From Nitrospirales bacterium (GTDB lineage Bacteria; Nitrospirota; Nitrospiria; Nitrospirales; UBA8639): DNA of 64,000 nt. Shown piece after piece: positions 20,219 to 30,034 of this stretch (within the stretch, counting starts at the first letter, position 1; the number at the start of each line of letters is the position of its first letter). The translations under genes were made by a program, and so were the position numbers. The notes under the pieces were generated by a model. It searched no databases, was not told the DNA's origin, and saw nothing but the letters and a program-made list of their open reading frames with translations. The stretch is from positions 1,376,001 through 1,440,000 of the forward strand of contig CBDCWC010000002.1 in the NCBI GenBank assembly GCA_965223295.1, written 5' to 3'.

Positions 20219-21601
20219 CTACCACCCCCGCATGCAGACACTACATAGGTATCCGCGCTTTCCGTCTGGCTTCACCGTCTGCACCATAAAGTGATCCCAG
20301 TGCTCGAAGTGATCCCACTCCTGAATTTTTGAAAGCGGGGTCAGACAACGTGAACAACTAAGTTTGTCGACTTCTTCCACACCTTCATCCTTCTTTGGAC
20401 CATCAACAAGTGCGGCTTCATAAGCCTGCAGATGCTCACCTAATTCACCCAAAAACTTAGCAGCTTGACGTCCCTCTGAAACCTGATGATCAAACGCTAG
20501 AATCAGATTAAAGACCCCTTCACGGCTACCAGGCGGGAAAAATTCTCCGCCGACACCAAGAATCGCAGACTGCCCTTGATTGAGAAGCGGATGAAACGCA
20601 AAGACCCCCTCACCCGACAGATCAGTTACGGTACAGGTGCCGCCTTGGAGATCTTCACTGGAAAGGCCATTCCCCAGATATGACACCATTAGTTCCTGCA
20701 TTTCACGTGTGATCTGAGCAATGCTCTTGCTGTCAGCAGCATGGATCACCGGAACCTTCAGTCCAAAATCCCCATCAATGGCAAACCCGACATTGATTTC
20801 TTCATAGAAATTGACATGTTCATCTTGATAGAACGCATTGAACCATGGATAGTGTCGTAACAAACGAGCCATTTCAAAGATAATCACGGCAGTAGTCGTA
20901 GCTTCAACATTCATATTCTGATCAACCGCCGCACGGAGACCCTTCGTTGGGATGGCGACCGTAATCACGCTCGGCAAAGCATTCTGATATCCAGAAGATA
21001 GATATCCGATTTCCGTTCGTTTACTTTTTGGCAACTTTTCTGTTTGAAATGGAACCCCTGTCGCAGGAACCGGCGAAACGTTTGATTTCAACTGCTCTAC
21101 CTTGACAGGACGAGGAGAAGAAGGCTGTGCAGGACTCTTTTCACCTAATTCCACAAGAATATCTTCAGTTCTCACGAGACCTCGATCTGCGAATCGGTCT
21201 GGTGAAAGACCACGCTCCTCTAACAAGGCCTGAGCTTTCTTCGTAAAGTGTGACGAAGACTGTTCCCTGGGCTGAGAAACCCTGGGCTCTTGTCCATTTT
21301 TCATCGTATTCGACAAAGGAGTCTTTGCTAGTCCACCGTCATCTGGTAAAGCTGCAGAGTCGTCACTTCGGATGCTGCACAGCATTGCTCCGACATTAAT
21401 ATCAGTACCCGGCTCAATAGAATATTCCAAAACTCCTGTGGCCGGAGCCTCAATTTCCATGACGGCTTTACTCGTTTCAATCTCAGCAATCATCTGTCCT
21501 TGTATCACCTTCTCTCCAGTGGGAACAGACCAAGACAACACCGTCACGGACTCGTCGTTCACGTTATCTTGTGGAATGATGACAGGAATACTATTTTTCA
21601 T
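20219..21601 (-). CDS. Dihydrolipoamide acyltransferase (E2)-like protein with C-terminal CxxC..CxxC extension
   Basis: Lipoyl domain EIETSKAVMEI; catalytic domain GLKVPVI, LQGGTCTVTDL, AFDHQVSEG; tail CSRC...CSVC. Confidence 0.8.
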   Translation of the reverse strand: MKNSIPVIIPQDNVNDESVTVLSWSVPTGEKVIQGQMIAEIETSKAVMEIEAPATGVLEYSIEPGTDINVGAMLCSIRSDDSAALPDDGGLAKTPLSNTMKNGQEPRVSQPREQSSSHFTKKAQALLEERGLSPDRFADRGLVRTEDILVELGEKSPAQPSSPRPVKVEQLKSNVSPVPATGVPFQTEKLPKSKRTEIGYLSSGYQNALPSVITVAIPTKGLRAAVDQNMNVEATTTAVIIFEMARLLRHYPWFNAFYQDEHVNFYEEINVGFAIDGDFGLKVPVIHAADSKSIAQITREMQELMVSYLGNGLSSEDLQGGTCTVTDLSGEGVFAFHPLLNQGQSAILGVGGEFFPPGSREGVFNLILAFDHQVSEGRQAAKFLGELGEHLQAYEAALVDGPKKDEGVEEVDKLSCSRCLTPLSKIQEWDHFEHWDHFMVQTVKPDGKRGYLCSVCMRGW

Positions 21602-23559
21602 ACATCCATCATTTCTAAGGCCATTTTGACGACATGCTTTTCACCAGGCAGACATTGTTTTTCAAGCGGGCCACATGAGGGAATCGGATGGTTCGGGGAA
21701 GCGACTCGACGAACCTGCCGAAGCACGCCGGGCATCAGCTCTGAGATTTGCGCCAACACCTCAGAGCCAAGTGCTGCAAAATTTATCCCTTCCTCAACGA
21801 TCAAAAGCTTTTGAGTCTTTTGAAGCGATTCCAGTACAGCCCATGGATGAAAGGGATACACCTGAATGGGACAGATCACTTCGCAAAAAATTTCATACTC
21901 GTCACATAACTCTTGTACGGCACGTTCGACGTCCACCAGCATACCGCCATAACATAATATCGTGAGATCAGGATGACCTAATGGACGTATACGTGTTGCC
22001 GGGAATTGCTCGTTGGTATGCTCCAGCACAAATCCGTCAGGAACTTGATCAGACACACGAAGTCCATAGAGCAATTTATTTTCAATAAGGATCGTCGGAC
22101 GATCAATGGAAGAAAACACTTCATCATACACAAGCCCAGCATCACAGCGAGAATGGAGGGCCAACATAGTTGTACCTGGAAGGCCCATAAAATGCTTTTC
22201 AATACTTTGGCTGTGCGTCGGGCCATAACCACGCTTGCCTCCCATCGGCGTGCGCACCACCAACGGTACGCGGACTTGCTCGTTATACATGTAACGAAAC
22301 TTGGAGGCGTGATTGAGCAGTTGATCAAACGCAAGCCCCAAAAAATCACCAAACATTATTTCGCACACCGGCAACAAACCGTTCAGCGCCAGCCCATTGC
22401 CCAACCCAACCAGTGCCGATTCGCTAATAGGTGTATTCCGCACACGGCCTGGAAACTCTTGGCTCAAATTCTTGGTTACTTTAAAGGCACCACCATAGGG
22501 CCCCTCAATATCTTCTCCAATCAAGATGATTTTATCGTTCCGCTTCATGTTACGCTGAAACGAAAGATGAATCATATTCACCATTCGTTCGGATGACGAA
22601 ATCTTCGTGGTCATCCATTCCGTCGTGGTCGCCTCTCTTTTCTCCACCGCAACCACACTCATTTCAGAATAGGGAGCTTCATCTGAACGAGAGACCGCAG
22701 CATCAATGTTTGCTTGAATTTTCCGATCAATGGCCTCAACTTGCTGTCTATCAGCCTGTCTGCGAAAAATTTCAATCGGATCTTTGGCCCAGTACTCATT
22801 CACTTCTTCGGGGTCACGGTCATCGTCTCCCTTGGAATGTGCCATGAGCCGATATGTGTCAATTTGCAAGAACAAGGGGCGGCATTCGCTTCGTACATAC
22901 TCAATACAGTCTGCCGTCGTCACCAGGAGTTCTTCAGGTTCCCAAGTGTTTGAATGAGCAGTCTTTATGCCAAAAGCATCACCACGCGCCAGAATACTTC
23001 CAGCTAAAGTCTGTCTCTGTGAGGTACTCTGAGCATAGTAGTTGTTTTCAAGTACCACTAGTAAGGGCAATTCCCAACGTGAAACAAGATTGAGAGATTC
23101 GTAGAGTGCGCCTTCTCCCAATGTGCCATCGCCAATAAAGACCACCGCAATGAATCCCGTCTTTAAAACCTTTTGAGCCATCGCAAGACCTGCAGCAACT
23201 GGAACAATGCCGCCTTGAATTCCATTGCTATAAAACCCCTGAGAACAGATGTGCTGACTGCCTCCCCTTCCGCCGCACATGCCATTTTGCTTGCCCATAA
23301 TCTCTCCGATGAGACCTTCAACATCGCCTGTTTTCGCTAAATAATGCCCATGGCAGCGATGATTACTAAACACAAGATCACCATCTCTTAACGATTCGGC
23401 AACGGCCACCCCTGTCCATTCTTGCCCGATACAAGTATGAACAGTTCCAAACAACCGTCCTTCTTTAAACAATTCAAGGAGCCTCTGCTCAACACTTCGA
23501 ATCAGCATGGCCTTTGTATACAGCTGGATGTCTAATGTCGAGGATTTTTCTGTAATCAT
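21598..23559 (-). CDS. 2-oxoacid dehydrogenase E1 alpha+beta fusion (TPP-dependent)
   Basis: GTVHTCIGQE, SNHRCHGH, TPP motif GDGTLGEG..ENN, YRLMAHS; beta half IGEDI, NTPISE, YGPTHSQS. Confidence 0.9.
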   Translation of the reverse strand: MITEKSSTLDIQLYTKAMLIRSVEQRLLELFKEGRLFGTVHTCIGQEWTGVAVAESLRDGDLVFSNHRCHGHYLAKTGDVEGLIGEIMGKQNGMCGGRGGSQHICSQGFYSNGIQGGIVPVAAGLAMAQKVLKTGFIAVVFIGDGTLGEGALYESLNLVSRWELPLLVVLENNYYAQSTSQRQTLAGSILARGDAFGIKTAHSNTWEPEELLVTTADCIEYVRSECRPLFLQIDTYRLMAHSKGDDDRDPEEVNEYWAKDPIEIFRRQADRQQVEAIDRKIQANIDAAVSRSDEAPYSEMSVVAVEKREATTTEWMTTKISSSERMVNMIHLSFQRNMKRNDKIILIGEDIEGPYGGAFKVTKNLSQEFPGRVRNTPISESALVGLGNGLALNGLLPVCEIMFGDFLGLAFDQLLNHASKFRYMYNEQVRVPLVVRTPMGGKRGYGPTHSQSIEKHFMGLPGTTMLALHSRCDAGLVYDEVFSSIDRPTILIENKLLYGLRVSDQVPDGFVLEHTNEQFPATRIRPLGHPDLTILCYGGMLVDVERAVQELCDEYEIFCEVICPIQVYPFHPWAVLESLQKTQKLLIVEEGINFAALGSEVLAQISELMPGVLRQVRRVASPNHPIPSCGPLEKQCLPGEKHVVKMALEMMDV

Positions 23560-23603
23560 AATGTATCGACTCTGTTGAACGAGACAGATGCTGTTGACAC
23601 CAT

Positions 23604-24374
23604 CTACAGTAATGACTCGCCGCGCGGCAGAAGGAGAAGTTTCCGATTAGGAATGGCAATCGCAAAATCAGGAATGTCCTCAGTCACCACTGTTCCTGAA
23701 CCAATCACACAACCATTTCCAATGTTCACACCATCTTGCACAATCACTCCCGAACCGATCCACACATCATTTCCAATAACCACAGGGCCATTAGAATACA
23801 ACCCTTGCTCCATCATCGGAATCTCTCTATCAGCCGTATGATATCGTCCGCCACCAATATAACATTGACCTGCCATCATCACTGATTTCCCCAATGAAAT
23901 GCCCCCAACCGAACTCAACTGGCATTGGCTGCCAATTGAACAATAATCTCCGATAGAGATGGGACCAGCTTTAGCCTGTATGATTGTACTGCGAGCAATC
24001 AACACATCATTGCCGATTGTTATGCCTTGGGATTCGGCGCCCTTTGCATCGACTAAACAATGATCATCAATCGCCACACGATCCCCAAGCTGGATTTTTC
24101 CGGGATGACGAAGGGAAATATTTTTTCCCCATACCACTCCAGATCCAACTTTTTTGCACAGCAAAGGAAAGAATTGTTTTCGCAGGAGTAGTCCCAGGGC
24201 TCCTGGGAAAGAGCCAAGACACATCGTCAAGAATTCAAACTTAGCCAACGCTCCAACACTCGAAGAACCCACAAAAAAATTCTGATATTTTTTCAATGCG
24301 GACGTATCAGTTTCGGCCAAACTTTTCGCAAAGGGCTGCTTCGAGATTGTCTGTCCAGACTTGGTCGAAATCAC
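23604..24374 (-). CDS. Hexapeptide-repeat (left-handed beta-helix) acyltransferase
   Basis: Repeated hexapeptides (IQLGDRVAI, ITIGNDVLI, VVIGNDVWIG, IGNGCVIG). Confidence 0.88.
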   Translation of the reverse strand: MISTKSGQTISKQPFAKSLAETDTSALKKYQNFFVGSSSVGALAKFEFLTMCLGSFPGALGLLLRKQFFPLLCKKVGSGVVWGKNISLRHPGKIQLGDRVAIDDHCLVDAKGAESQGITIGNDVLIARSTIIQAKAGPISIGDYCSIGSQCQLSSVGGISLGKSVMMAGQCYIGGGRYHTADREIPMMEQGLYSNGPVVIGNDVWIGSGVIVQDGVNIGNGCVIGSGTVVTEDIPDFAIAIPNRKLLLLPRGESLL

Positions 24375-24483
24375 GCTCGCTCTTTCTCCTAGTATCTCCA
24401 GATTTTTAAAATTTCTTCATGAACTAGTTGTTGGCCTTTTCAATCTGCCAATCACCCTGTATGAAAGATACATCCCCATAATA

Positions 24484-24510
24484 GTATCGGCCCTGACTCT
24501 GGACTGATTA
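24484..24510 (-). promoter_or_regulatory. Putative sigma-28 (FliA) promoter
   Basis: Minus strand reads TAAT-N15-GCCGATAC, about 110 bp upstream of the acyltransferase start at 24374. Confidence 0.45.
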
Positions 24511-24774
24511 AGAGAAAACAGCAATTTTTCGTCACTTTACTCAATCCAAATCATCAGTCCCTAGGAAAAAGGCTTTCCCAGCCGAAAAAGACGTAATCTT
24601 TTTATTTTAAAGATTCCCATTAAAAATGTAACCCTACTCCTGAAACAAATTCGCCCTGATATCAAGTCAACATTGCCTAAGAGTGTCCCACCCTCTGCTC
24701 TCTTACGGAACTGATACTAAGAGTTCGCTCATCAATGAAAGATTACGCCCATGATATCCCAGAACTATCTTTCA

Positions 24775-24965
24775 GAGACTGTTGAATAATGATGATATCA
24801 ACGGCCACATTTCATGTCTGAGGGGTAACATGTCAGAGACCTCAGGTTTGTTCAAAAAAGTCCGTTCAGCAAGGCCACAGCTATTTTTGCGCGCGGAGCA
24901 GACTGGCAGTATGTGAGCACGGGAAAATAGCGAGAACGCCGCTGACGGCTTTTTTCAACAAACCC
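24775..24965 (+). mobile_element. MITE family 1, copy A (191 bp)
   Basis: Ends GAGACTGTTGAATAA / TTTTTCAACAAACCC; 5-bp TSD TTTCA at 24770-24774 and 24966-24970; similar to copies B-D. Confidence 0.85.
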
Positions 24966-25029
24966 TTTCAGAAAAAATGAGAACCCCTTCATAGCAAAAG
25001 GCAACTCCTTCTGAACACTATACGGAGGG

Positions 25030-25854
25030 TCATTCCGGAAGCAAGGAATGGATAGGCCCGAAGGAAAAATCTTGGAGGAGTCGAGTCAGACGGCCCCGCA
25101 CTTTGTCTAAGTTGAGGTAGTGCCGAAACTGAGAAAGAAAAGACCCACGCATACGTGGTTGTCCAGGGTCCAGCTCCCAGGGATGCAAATACATGATAAG
25201 GGGTTGGCCTTGCTGTTCAACTCGACGCAACAGTTTCTTGAGAAGAGGATAAGGAAATAATCGAAAATACCCGCCGCCCGCAATGGGCAAAGTGAATCCA
25301 GCCACATGACATGTTGATGGCGGAACTTCCACCAAAGGGCCGGAATCTGTTTTCAACGTATGAATAGCGGGGTTCGCTCCGGGGATACCATAGTAATCAT
25401 GCACAATGGGGACAATACTTGAGTCATACCGATAACCTTCTTCAACTAAAATAGGCAAAGCCCATTCGGTTTCCTTGGTCACAGAAAATGTCGGCGCGCG
25501 ATACCCCAGAACTGGTGTTCCGCCAATGTCTTCTAAAAGTTTTTTGGCGCGCTTCACATCCTCTCGAAAAGCTTGTGGACTTTGTCCCGTGATTAATTCA
25601 TGGCCATAACCGTGAGAGGCGAGTTCATGGCCCGCTTCCACGATACGTTTCACCAACGCTTTGTTGCGTTCCGCCACCCAGCCAAGCACAAACATAGTGG
25701 CCTTGATTCCTCGTTGGTCCAATACTTCGAGAATCACTTCAGTGTTTTGTACAACTCGGCTATCTTGGCTTTCCCAATTGCGGCGACGTGCTGCGCTGTC
25801 AAACGCCGCCACTTGGAAATGCTCTTCAATGTCAAAACTTATCCCATGCAACAT
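25030..25854 (-). CDS. Polysaccharide deacetylase, XrtA/PEP-CTERM-locus subfamily
   Basis: SFDIEEHFQV, ATMFVLGWVAE, HELASHGYGH, GYRAPTFS, AGGGYFRL, YLHPWELDP. Confidence 0.9.
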   Translation of the reverse strand: MLHGISFDIEEHFQVAAFDSAARRRNWESQDSRVVQNTEVILEVLDQRGIKATMFVLGWVAERNKALVKRIVEAGHELASHGYGHELITGQSPQAFREDVKRAKKLLEDIGGTPVLGYRAPTFSVTKETEWALPILVEEGYRYDSSIVPIVHDYYGIPGANPAIHTLKTDSGPLVEVPPSTCHVAGFTLPIAGGGYFRLFPYPLLKKLLRRVEQQGQPLIMYLHPWELDPGQPRMRGSFLSQFRHYLNLDKVRGRLTRLLQDFSFGPIHSLLPE

Positions 25855-25888
25855 ACGCTCATTTGATCCTTTTTCCCTGCTGTCATGA

Positions 25889-26947
25889 CTATCTTGCTCC
25901 GCTACCTTGCAAGACGACTCGAATGGTGCGAAATAAGATTTTGAGATCTAACCATAAGGACAAATTTTTCACATAATAGAGGTCATACTGAAGTTTGACA
26001 TGTGAGTCTTCTAATGACGAGGCATATTGAAAACATGTTTGCGCCCATCCTGTAATCCCTGGACGGACAGTATGACGTAAATCATAATAGGGAATCTGCG
26101 TTCGAAGATCTTGCACAAAATGAGGACGCTCAGGCCTGGGACCCACGAGACTCATTTCACCCTTGACCACATTAATGAATTGTGGCAGTTCATCTAACCG
26201 AAGTTTGCGTAACCAAAATCCTACCCTCGTGACTCGTGGGTCACCTAGCGCAGCCCATTTAACCCCATCAGCTTCAGCATCATGCCGCATGGACCGAAAT
26301 TTCAGAAGAACATAAGGGTACCCATGAAGACCCACCCGTGTTTGACGATACAGAATAGGGCCAGGGGAATCCAATTTTATACAAAGGGCAATTACGCTCA
26401 TCAACGGCCCTAAAAAAGCCAAACCACAACAAGCCCCAATCATATCTCCAGTCCTTTTTAAGGCCATCACAACTGGTTTTCGCTTGAAGCCCGAGGAGAA
26501 GATTAAAAAACTGGGTTTTAGCTCATCAATAGATAAACGACCACATTCCTCTTCATACATTCGATGCCCATCTAAGACATCGATGCCCATAGATTTACTA
26601 TCCAACAACGCATCCAGAGGCAGCCCCCCACGCCGATCCTCTACGCAAACTGCAATGGTCTGAACTTGATGAAATTCAGAAAGTTCAAAGAGCTGATCAA
26701 CTGTGCCTAATACCTTGGGATTGACGATACTGGTACCGATTCGAGATTGATCGCTGGACAGAAAACCAACCACTTCGTAACGATGAGAGCGGTCATAGAC
26801 CAGTACTCTGGCTAAATCATGAGCCAAATTACCATCACCCAAGATTAAGACGCGTTTTTTCAGCCCGAACCATTTGTAGGGTGAATATAAGAGAAGGTCT
26901 GATTTCGGCATGACCGTGGCCGAAGAATCGAGGTAGGTCTCGTTCAT
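25889..26947 (-). CDS. Priming (undecaprenyl-phosphate) sugar transferase, XrtA/PEP-CTERM-system type
   Basis: CoA-binding-like N-domain; KFRSM, DPRVTRVG, RLDELPQ, MSLVGPRPERP, RPGITGWAQ, DLYYVKN; ATG 26947 overlaps the wzc stop (ATGA). Confidence 0.9.
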   Translation of the reverse strand: MNETYLDSSATVMPKSDLLLYSPYKWFGLKKRVLILGDGNLAHDLARVLVYDRSHRYEVVGFLSSDQSRIGTSIVNPKVLGTVDQLFELSEFHQVQTIAVCVEDRRGGLPLDALLDSKSMGIDVLDGHRMYEEECGRLSIDELKPSFLIFSSGFKRKPVVMALKRTGDMIGACCGLAFLGPLMSVIALCIKLDSPGPILYRQTRVGLHGYPYVLLKFRSMRHDAEADGVKWAALGDPRVTRVGFWLRKLRLDELPQFINVVKGEMSLVGPRPERPHFVQDLRTQIPYYDLRHTVRPGITGWAQTCFQYASSLEDSHVKLQYDLYYVKNLSLWLDLKILFRTIRVVLQGSGAR

Positions 26948-29337
26948 TCTGAATGTGTAAGAGCGTACGGCACAGAATACCCATGGCGGACATAATAGGG
27001 TACGCCCTCGGACCAAGCATCAGTAAGAATCAGCCTGATCGGGCTCGAGCCATGTATCATTTCTGTAGCCTTTTGTACAACATCTTTGGGAGTAATGCCA
27101 GACCGGACAATCATTAACACAATGTCTGCCAGACCACTTAACACATTAATATCCGCAAGGGGGAGAATAGGCGGACCATCTAAGATAATAAAACGATAGC
27201 GAGACCGGACCGCTTCAATGAGAGAGGAGAGGTGCTGTAACTTTGACAATGAAACGGGATAGGCATCCATATCTCCTACGGACATACACCATAGTGGCAA
27301 ATCCTCAATCTTTTGAAAACAGGATTCTAAGGGAGCCTGTCCAGCAAGGTAATCTGCGACCCCTGGGTAATGACGTAGCACAAACACATTATGCAAATTA
27401 GGGCGCTTGTAATCACAATCAATCACAAGAGTTGGCTCATCAAGGTCACGAGCGAGCGTATAGGCCAAATTTGATGCCGTCGAGGTCTTGCCTTCTCCCT
27501 TCAACGCACTGGACAAAAGCACAACATTCCCCGTGGGCCGATCCCCCAACAAATCCAACCGCGTGGCCGCAACACGAAATTGCTCTGCAACGACAGACTG
27601 AGGTCGCCACTTTGAGACCAAATTCAGTTGCGTGGGAAAGGCTTGAGGCTTGGAAGCTCCACTGTAGAACAGAGACTTACTTTTCGTTAATCCTTCATCA
27701 TCAAAATAATGATTCGATCCATTCCCATTTTGCTTCAATGTATCCGCCACTGGAAAATCTGAGGTTCCTGGCAACATTTGCATCGTCTTGCCATACGCCA
27801 TTTGAAAACTAGGAATTGTGGCGAGCATCGGCAACCCAAGAGACACTTCAACATCTTCCGAGCGCCGAAATGTTGGCGATAACAGCTCCAGGAGAAACGC
27901 TAAACCAAACCCTAAACCTGCACCGCCCGCCAATCCTCCTAACAGGATTAATTTTCGACCCAATCCCTCCGGTTTTCTTGGCAAATTCGCTGGATCCAAA
28001 ATACGGAACCTCTCGCCCTTTTGGCGGTTATCCAAGTTTTCTGACATCCTGGCATTAATCCGCTTTTTATGAAGAAGTTGGTAATTTCCCTGCATGTTTC
28101 CATAATCACGCTCTAGAACAAGAAGTTCTTGTTCACGTGTCGGTGTACGTTCGATGCGTTGTGATAAATTTTGCATCTCTTGAGTAATTCTTTTTGATTG
28201 CGACCGGAGCTTAATGACTTGAGCCTTTAATTCATTTTTTGAATTTTTTAGATCAGATAAATATGGATCAAAAACAGGGCCCTCTGAAGCTTCAAGACCA
28301 GATGGGATATCTATGTCAATAACCTCCTCGTCATCCCCAACAGCCTCAGAACGTTGGGCAAGTTCGGCTTCTAGATTTTTAATTTGCGTTTTTAGTGAAA
28401 CAACGTCAGGATAGGCATCTGTGTATTCACCAGACATTTTCGTGAGTTCCCGCTTCAGCTCTTCAATCCGCAAACTCACGGGATCAGATGCCACACTAGA
28501 GACAGGACTGGGGAACGATTCATCACCAAACTCTCTAAGCGTTCCCGCAATGGACTCATAGTCATGAATAGATTTCTGAAGAAGCTCCATTCGCACATTC
28601 AATCCATTAATCGACTCTTGTATCTGGATTTTTTCTTCCTGCAATCGGTCTAGAGTCCGAAGATTGGTTTCTAATTGCCCAGGCAACTCACCGGCATACT
28701 TCAACTTATATTCACTCAACAATTTTTCTTTTTCATCCAATGCCTCTTTGGCTGCCGCTAATTCTTGTTCTAAAAAATTAGTCGCCCCTTCAATAAATTG
28801 TTCACGTATTTTGATATTACCTTCAATATATTGAGAGGCTAATTTTGACGTGACTTTCATCGCCAACATGGGATCTTCATGACTAAAGGAAATTGTAAAG
28901 GCCTCAAGTTGCCGCGCACCTTTTGTCGTGATCTTCACATTTTTCCGCAACCCTTCAATAACGGATTCATACCCTTGAGTCTTAATCGTTTCTGGAAACA
29001 ACTGAAATTCATCAATGACTTTTTGGAGATTGGTCCGGCTTAACACTTGTTGCGTAATTGTCGATACCCGTTCTGCAGCACTCCCTTTAATCACAGACGG
29101 AACGTAATTTTCATGAATTTTTTGTTGTTCAACTAAAATGACGGTACTTGACCGGTACACATCCTTTTTCATCCAAGCCAGAACGCCGCCAACAGCAATG
29201 CCAAGAATGGTGAGAATGATAATCAGCCATTTTCGGCGAATAATGAGGTCGAGAAAATCTTTAATATATCGTTGGATCAGAACTGACTGATCCTGTTCCG
29301 CTTGTCCGCCATTTGAGAGAAAAGTTGATTCCGCCAT
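26944..29337 (-). CDS. wzc: Polysaccharide co-polymerase / tyrosine autokinase (Wzc-like)
   Basis: Two TMs flanking coiled coils; EQFR, Walker A SSALKGEGKT, VIDCD, ILDGPP; Tyr-rich C-terminus (PYYVRHGYSVPY). Confidence 0.88.
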   Translation of the reverse strand: MAESTFLSNGGQAEQDQSVLIQRYIKDFLDLIIRRKWLIIILTILGIAVGGVLAWMKKDVYRSSTVILVEQQKIHENYVPSVIKGSAAERVSTITQQVLSRTNLQKVIDEFQLFPETIKTQGYESVIEGLRKNVKITTKGARQLEAFTISFSHEDPMLAMKVTSKLASQYIEGNIKIREQFIEGATNFLEQELAAAKEALDEKEKLLSEYKLKYAGELPGQLETNLRTLDRLQEEKIQIQESINGLNVRMELLQKSIHDYESIAGTLREFGDESFPSPVSSVASDPVSLRIEELKRELTKMSGEYTDAYPDVVSLKTQIKNLEAELAQRSEAVGDDEEVIDIDIPSGLEASEGPVFDPYLSDLKNSKNELKAQVIKLRSQSKRITQEMQNLSQRIERTPTREQELLVLERDYGNMQGNYQLLHKKRINARMSENLDNRQKGERFRILDPANLPRKPEGLGRKLILLGGLAGGAGLGFGLAFLLELLSPTFRRSEDVEVSLGLPMLATIPSFQMAYGKTMQMLPGTSDFPVADTLKQNGNGSNHYFDDEGLTKSKSLFYSGASKPQAFPTQLNLVSKWRPQSVVAEQFRVAATRLDLLGDRPTGNVVLLSSALKGEGKTSTASNLAYTLARDLDEPTLVIDCDYKRPNLHNVFVLRHYPGVADYLAGQAPLESCFQKIEDLPLWCMSVGDMDAYPVSLSKLQHLSSLIEAVRSRYRFIILDGPPILPLADINVLSGLADIVLMIVRSGITPKDVVQKATEMIHGSSPIRLILTDAWSEGVPYYVRHGYSVPYALTHSE

Positions 29338-29386
29338 TTTTTTGCGACTTAATCTTTAATTCGAAAAATTTTGAATATAGCCAACG

Positions 29387-29998
29387 TTACGGAACGACAA
29401 TAGTATCTCCAGATTTCAGCGTAATATTGTAGACTCCGCCTTCATCTGAGATTAAATCATCATAGCGAACAGGTATTCGGAGTTCGTGTATCTTGCCGTC
29501 AGCATTAATCACATTACGGACAATCCGAATATCATTGCGTGAGGCGAACTGGGTAAACCCTCCCGCCAAGGAAATGGCTTGAAGAAGGGTAGTATACGAT
29601 TTCATCTGCAATTTCCCCGGATTATTCACTTCCCCAACGATAAACACGTAATAACTATTCACGGACACCACATTCACAGACACCGACGGGTTTTCTTTAT
29701 AGGCTTTGAACCGTTCAGCAATATCACTGGCCAATTGATCTGCAATCAAGCCACTGGCCGGCACATCGCCAATGAGAGGGAGGGAGATTTTTCCATCTGG
29801 ACGAATCACAACCTGCCTTGAGAGGTCTGGGTTTTTCCATACCACGACATCAACGACATCTTCAGGCCCTAAGACAAAGCCTTCTTCGGGTGGCCCAGGA
29901 GCAATGATGACATCTGGCTTAAAACACCCACTACACATCAAGAAGAGGGAAACACTCAACAAAAGAGACATATGCTTTAACAGTAATTTACAAGTCAC
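29387..29998 (-). CDS. Polysaccharide export protein (Wza-like, Poly_export + SLBB), probable lipoprotein
   Basis: FVLGPEDVV, IRPDGKISLPLIGDV, GEVNNPG, LLQAISLAGGFT, LKSGDTIVVP. Confidence 0.88.
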   Translation of the reverse strand: MTCKLLLKHMSLLLSVSLFLMCSGCFKPDVIIAPGPPEEGFVLGPEDVVDVVVWKNPDLSRQVVIRPDGKISLPLIGDVPASGLIADQLASDIAERFKAYKENPSVSVNVVSVNSYYVFIVGEVNNPGKLQMKSYTTLLQAISLAGGFTQFASRNDIRIVRNVINADGKIHELRIPVRYDDLISDEGGVYNITLKSGDTIVVP

Positions 29999-30034
29999 TC
30001 AACATCTCCCTTTGATAAATTCTACCCCAAATAT

